A stretch of DNA of 63,589 bases, counting the filler, from Nemertoderma westbladi (taxonomy: Eukaryota > Animalia > Xenacoelomorpha), in NCBI GenBank assembly GCA_032718475.1. It is 3 parts of 3 records of this genome, joined end to end, with 100 filler letters (N's around TTAATTAATTAA, not from the genome) between each part and the next. Parts side by side here need not be neighbours in the genome. Positions count along the whole stretch, not along the records: positions 56,273 to 63,589 come from JAUCBJ010005987.1; 2 more parts are not named here. One strand, 5' to 3'. Shown piece after piece: positions 61,471 to 63,589 of this stretch (position 1 is the first letter of the stretch; each line of letters opens with the position of its first letter). Below the pieces are notes generated by a model. That model ran no database searches. It was not told the DNA's origin and worked only from the letters and a program-made list of their open reading frames with translations. Both the position numbers and the translations under genes were made by a program.

Positions 61471-62292
61471 ATGTGTATTACTGATATCGAGATGGTATGA
61501 TATAAATAAATAAATATTCTAGAATTATGTAGAGCTCATTTGCGTATTTTAACAAGAACATGATATACATGATATCCATCCATAGTGGTTTGTTTCGGAT
61601 TTAAATAGTACCGGTAATTGATTCCTAAAACTACAGTATTATACCTATAACAGAGACTTATTTCAATATCAATTAAATTAATTAGGGTAACTCTTTAAGT
61701 ATACAAACGTAATAATTAGGCCTTTTGTACGTATTTTATTTTGTTAAATCTTTAGGGAAGCAAAATATACACTAATATTTGTTATATTACATATTATTAT
61801 CATTATATTACTAATATTACACCAATATTATTAAATATACATTAATATTAACAACATGGATCGGATCAATAACTGTATTCAATTTCAAAGGTAAGTTGCT
61901 AAAATATTTGGACACTGACTAAAAATTTAATTTTTAAGTAACAATTTAATAATGTATGCACTCAGTAAATTATTAAATAGGGAATCACTACTTCTTAATG
62001 ATCTTTCAATTCTACATTATTTGTAACTCGAAATTAACTGAACTTCATTATATTTTGTGCTCTTTTTTTAATAAAATAGTATATATATAATAACATAATA
62101 TGTTTTATTGCTTAGGGTTTATTTAAGTTATATCGACCATTTTGGTCGCAGTATCAAATCAATCATCAAATCATCTACCTAGATGGTAAATAAATATAGG
62201 TATAATAATATTATAATAAGCATGTAATTAAGTATACTTATGGGAAAATTTGTTTTATTTTAAAATATAGATGCCGACAGCCTATTCCTTAG

Positions 62293-63589
62293 GAATATGG
62301 AAAGGTAAGAAAGAATGTAGATGGGAACATTAAATCCTTGCTATCGGAGGCATTCACAACAATATCTGTCGAGAATCTAGTCGGCGGGGAAGACAATGAC
62401 GACATCAGAATCGCCTGCCATCTAATCAATGTGTCCAAGCCGGGGACTGTTTCACTGAAACGAACCCACGGGAATAAAACGGCAAGAAAATCAATGTCGT
62501 ACACGCGGCTTATATTCTGCAGGTTTGTGACACAAAATTTTACTAACAAAAATAATGTATACAATAAAACTATACCAATACTATAAAACTATAAACTACT
62601 ACAAACTATAAACTACTACAAACTATAAACTACTAGAAACTATAAACTACTAGAAACTATAAACTACTACAAACTATTAAAATATAAACTACCACAAACT
62701 ATAAACTACTATGCAAACTATCAACTACTAGGCCTACAAACTATATATAAACAATTTTTTTGAATTATTTAGATGTCTCGCATCAAACGAGGTATTTGCA
62801 GTTATTATGAGACGCCCGACGGATTTCTCCAGACTCATATACTTCGCCAGCCGCATGCGCGTTGGCAGCACGGTTGCTATAGTCAACCCGGAGTATGAGG
62901 GGGAGAAAAACTTTGCAGTTTTATCAACTGAGGAGGTCATTCTCCCCCTGTCGGATTCGCCAACCGATTTAAAGGAGTTCCCAATTCGGCCGGTGTATGA
63001 CTCAACGAAGTTCGCCTCCTTTTCGGTTTCAACAAAGAACATTACTGTGCGACAGGTGGTGTTCGCGGACGCAGTCTGTCGTGGCCCCTTCTGCAATTCG
63101 CAGAAGGGACTGACTTGCAGCTGCTGGACCACCGGCCTGGGCTTTCAAGGTCGGCATCTCTGCCCCGGAGCTGGATGGGCTAGATGTGGAGCCCTTCGTT
63201 TCGCGGGCGTTCACAAAACAATTTGTGACGGAGTTGTCGCTCCGTCGTAACGTCCTACGATACAGAGCGTCTCCCAAGGGCGACCAAGGGGAATATTCGC
63301 CATCAGTGCGAGTGCGGTGGCGGCTGGTTCGTGGTGGGGTGGTTGAAACCCGGACAGGTTGTAGGGGAAGAGCTACCCTCGGCCCCCACTATCCACATTG
63401 TGTCTGTGACACCGATAGCACCAGTAGCACTTCCAGCCCAGCGCAAGTTGGCACCAATGGACCCCCTTGTCCGTGAGGTCTTATTCATCGGAGGCGCCTC
63501 ACCCGGAAACACCACCGGCCGATCTACTACCACGGACAGGCTTACCCGGGACTGTTCAACCAACCCCGGCGGAACAATGATGCCTAATA
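62293..63589 (+). pseudogene. Spliced gene of unknown function with a Cys cluster and two apparent frameshifts (exons ~62293-62522 and 62773->)
   Basis: GC-rich coding-like island. TGCAG|GTTTGT...tttAG|A joins YTRLIFC-R-CLASNEVFAV in frame. Then CRGPFCNSQKGLTCSC, shifting to WAFKV..FVSRAFTKQF, then GGGWFVVGWLKPG..IHIVSVTP. Confidence 0.6.
62575..62745. repeat. 17-bp intronic minisatellite (AAACTATAAACTACTAC)n
   Basis: Direct tandem units inside the predicted intron 62523-62772. Confidence 0.9.

Overview
This is AT-rich, repeat-saturated eukaryotic DNA, most likely from an invertebrate animal; it is not prokaryotic. It consists of three contigs joined by artificial 100-nt spacers (N44-TTAATTAATTAA-N44 at 26733-26832 and 56173-56272). 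Host genes recognisable from the sequence: the first three coding exons of USP7/HAUSP (+, including the MATH domain); three spliced exons of a TET methylcytosine dioxygenase Cys-rich domain (-, largely missed by the ORF track); an intronless APEH (S9C peptidase) whose catalytic Asp reads as Tyr; an intronless, divergent ACSF2-like acyl-CoA synthetase; a decayed ALDH3 pseudogene apparently split by a LINE; and a spliced, frameshifted unknown gene with a Cys cluster at the right end. The rest is LINEs (two RTE families, a CR1/L2-group element and one apparently young poly(A)-tailed LINE), deeply nested non-autonomous DNA transposons (hAT, Mutator, Sola-like, Tc1/pogo MITEs, Helentron-type HINEs, one element with a 5-bp TSD), tRNA-derived SINEs, and satellites. 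TA-bracketed short words (TAGGCCTA, TACCGGTA, TAC[A/T]GTA) are strongly over-represented and resemble transposon excision footprints. There is no CRISPR array, rRNA or intact tRNA. Family assignments come from remembered motifs, not database searches.
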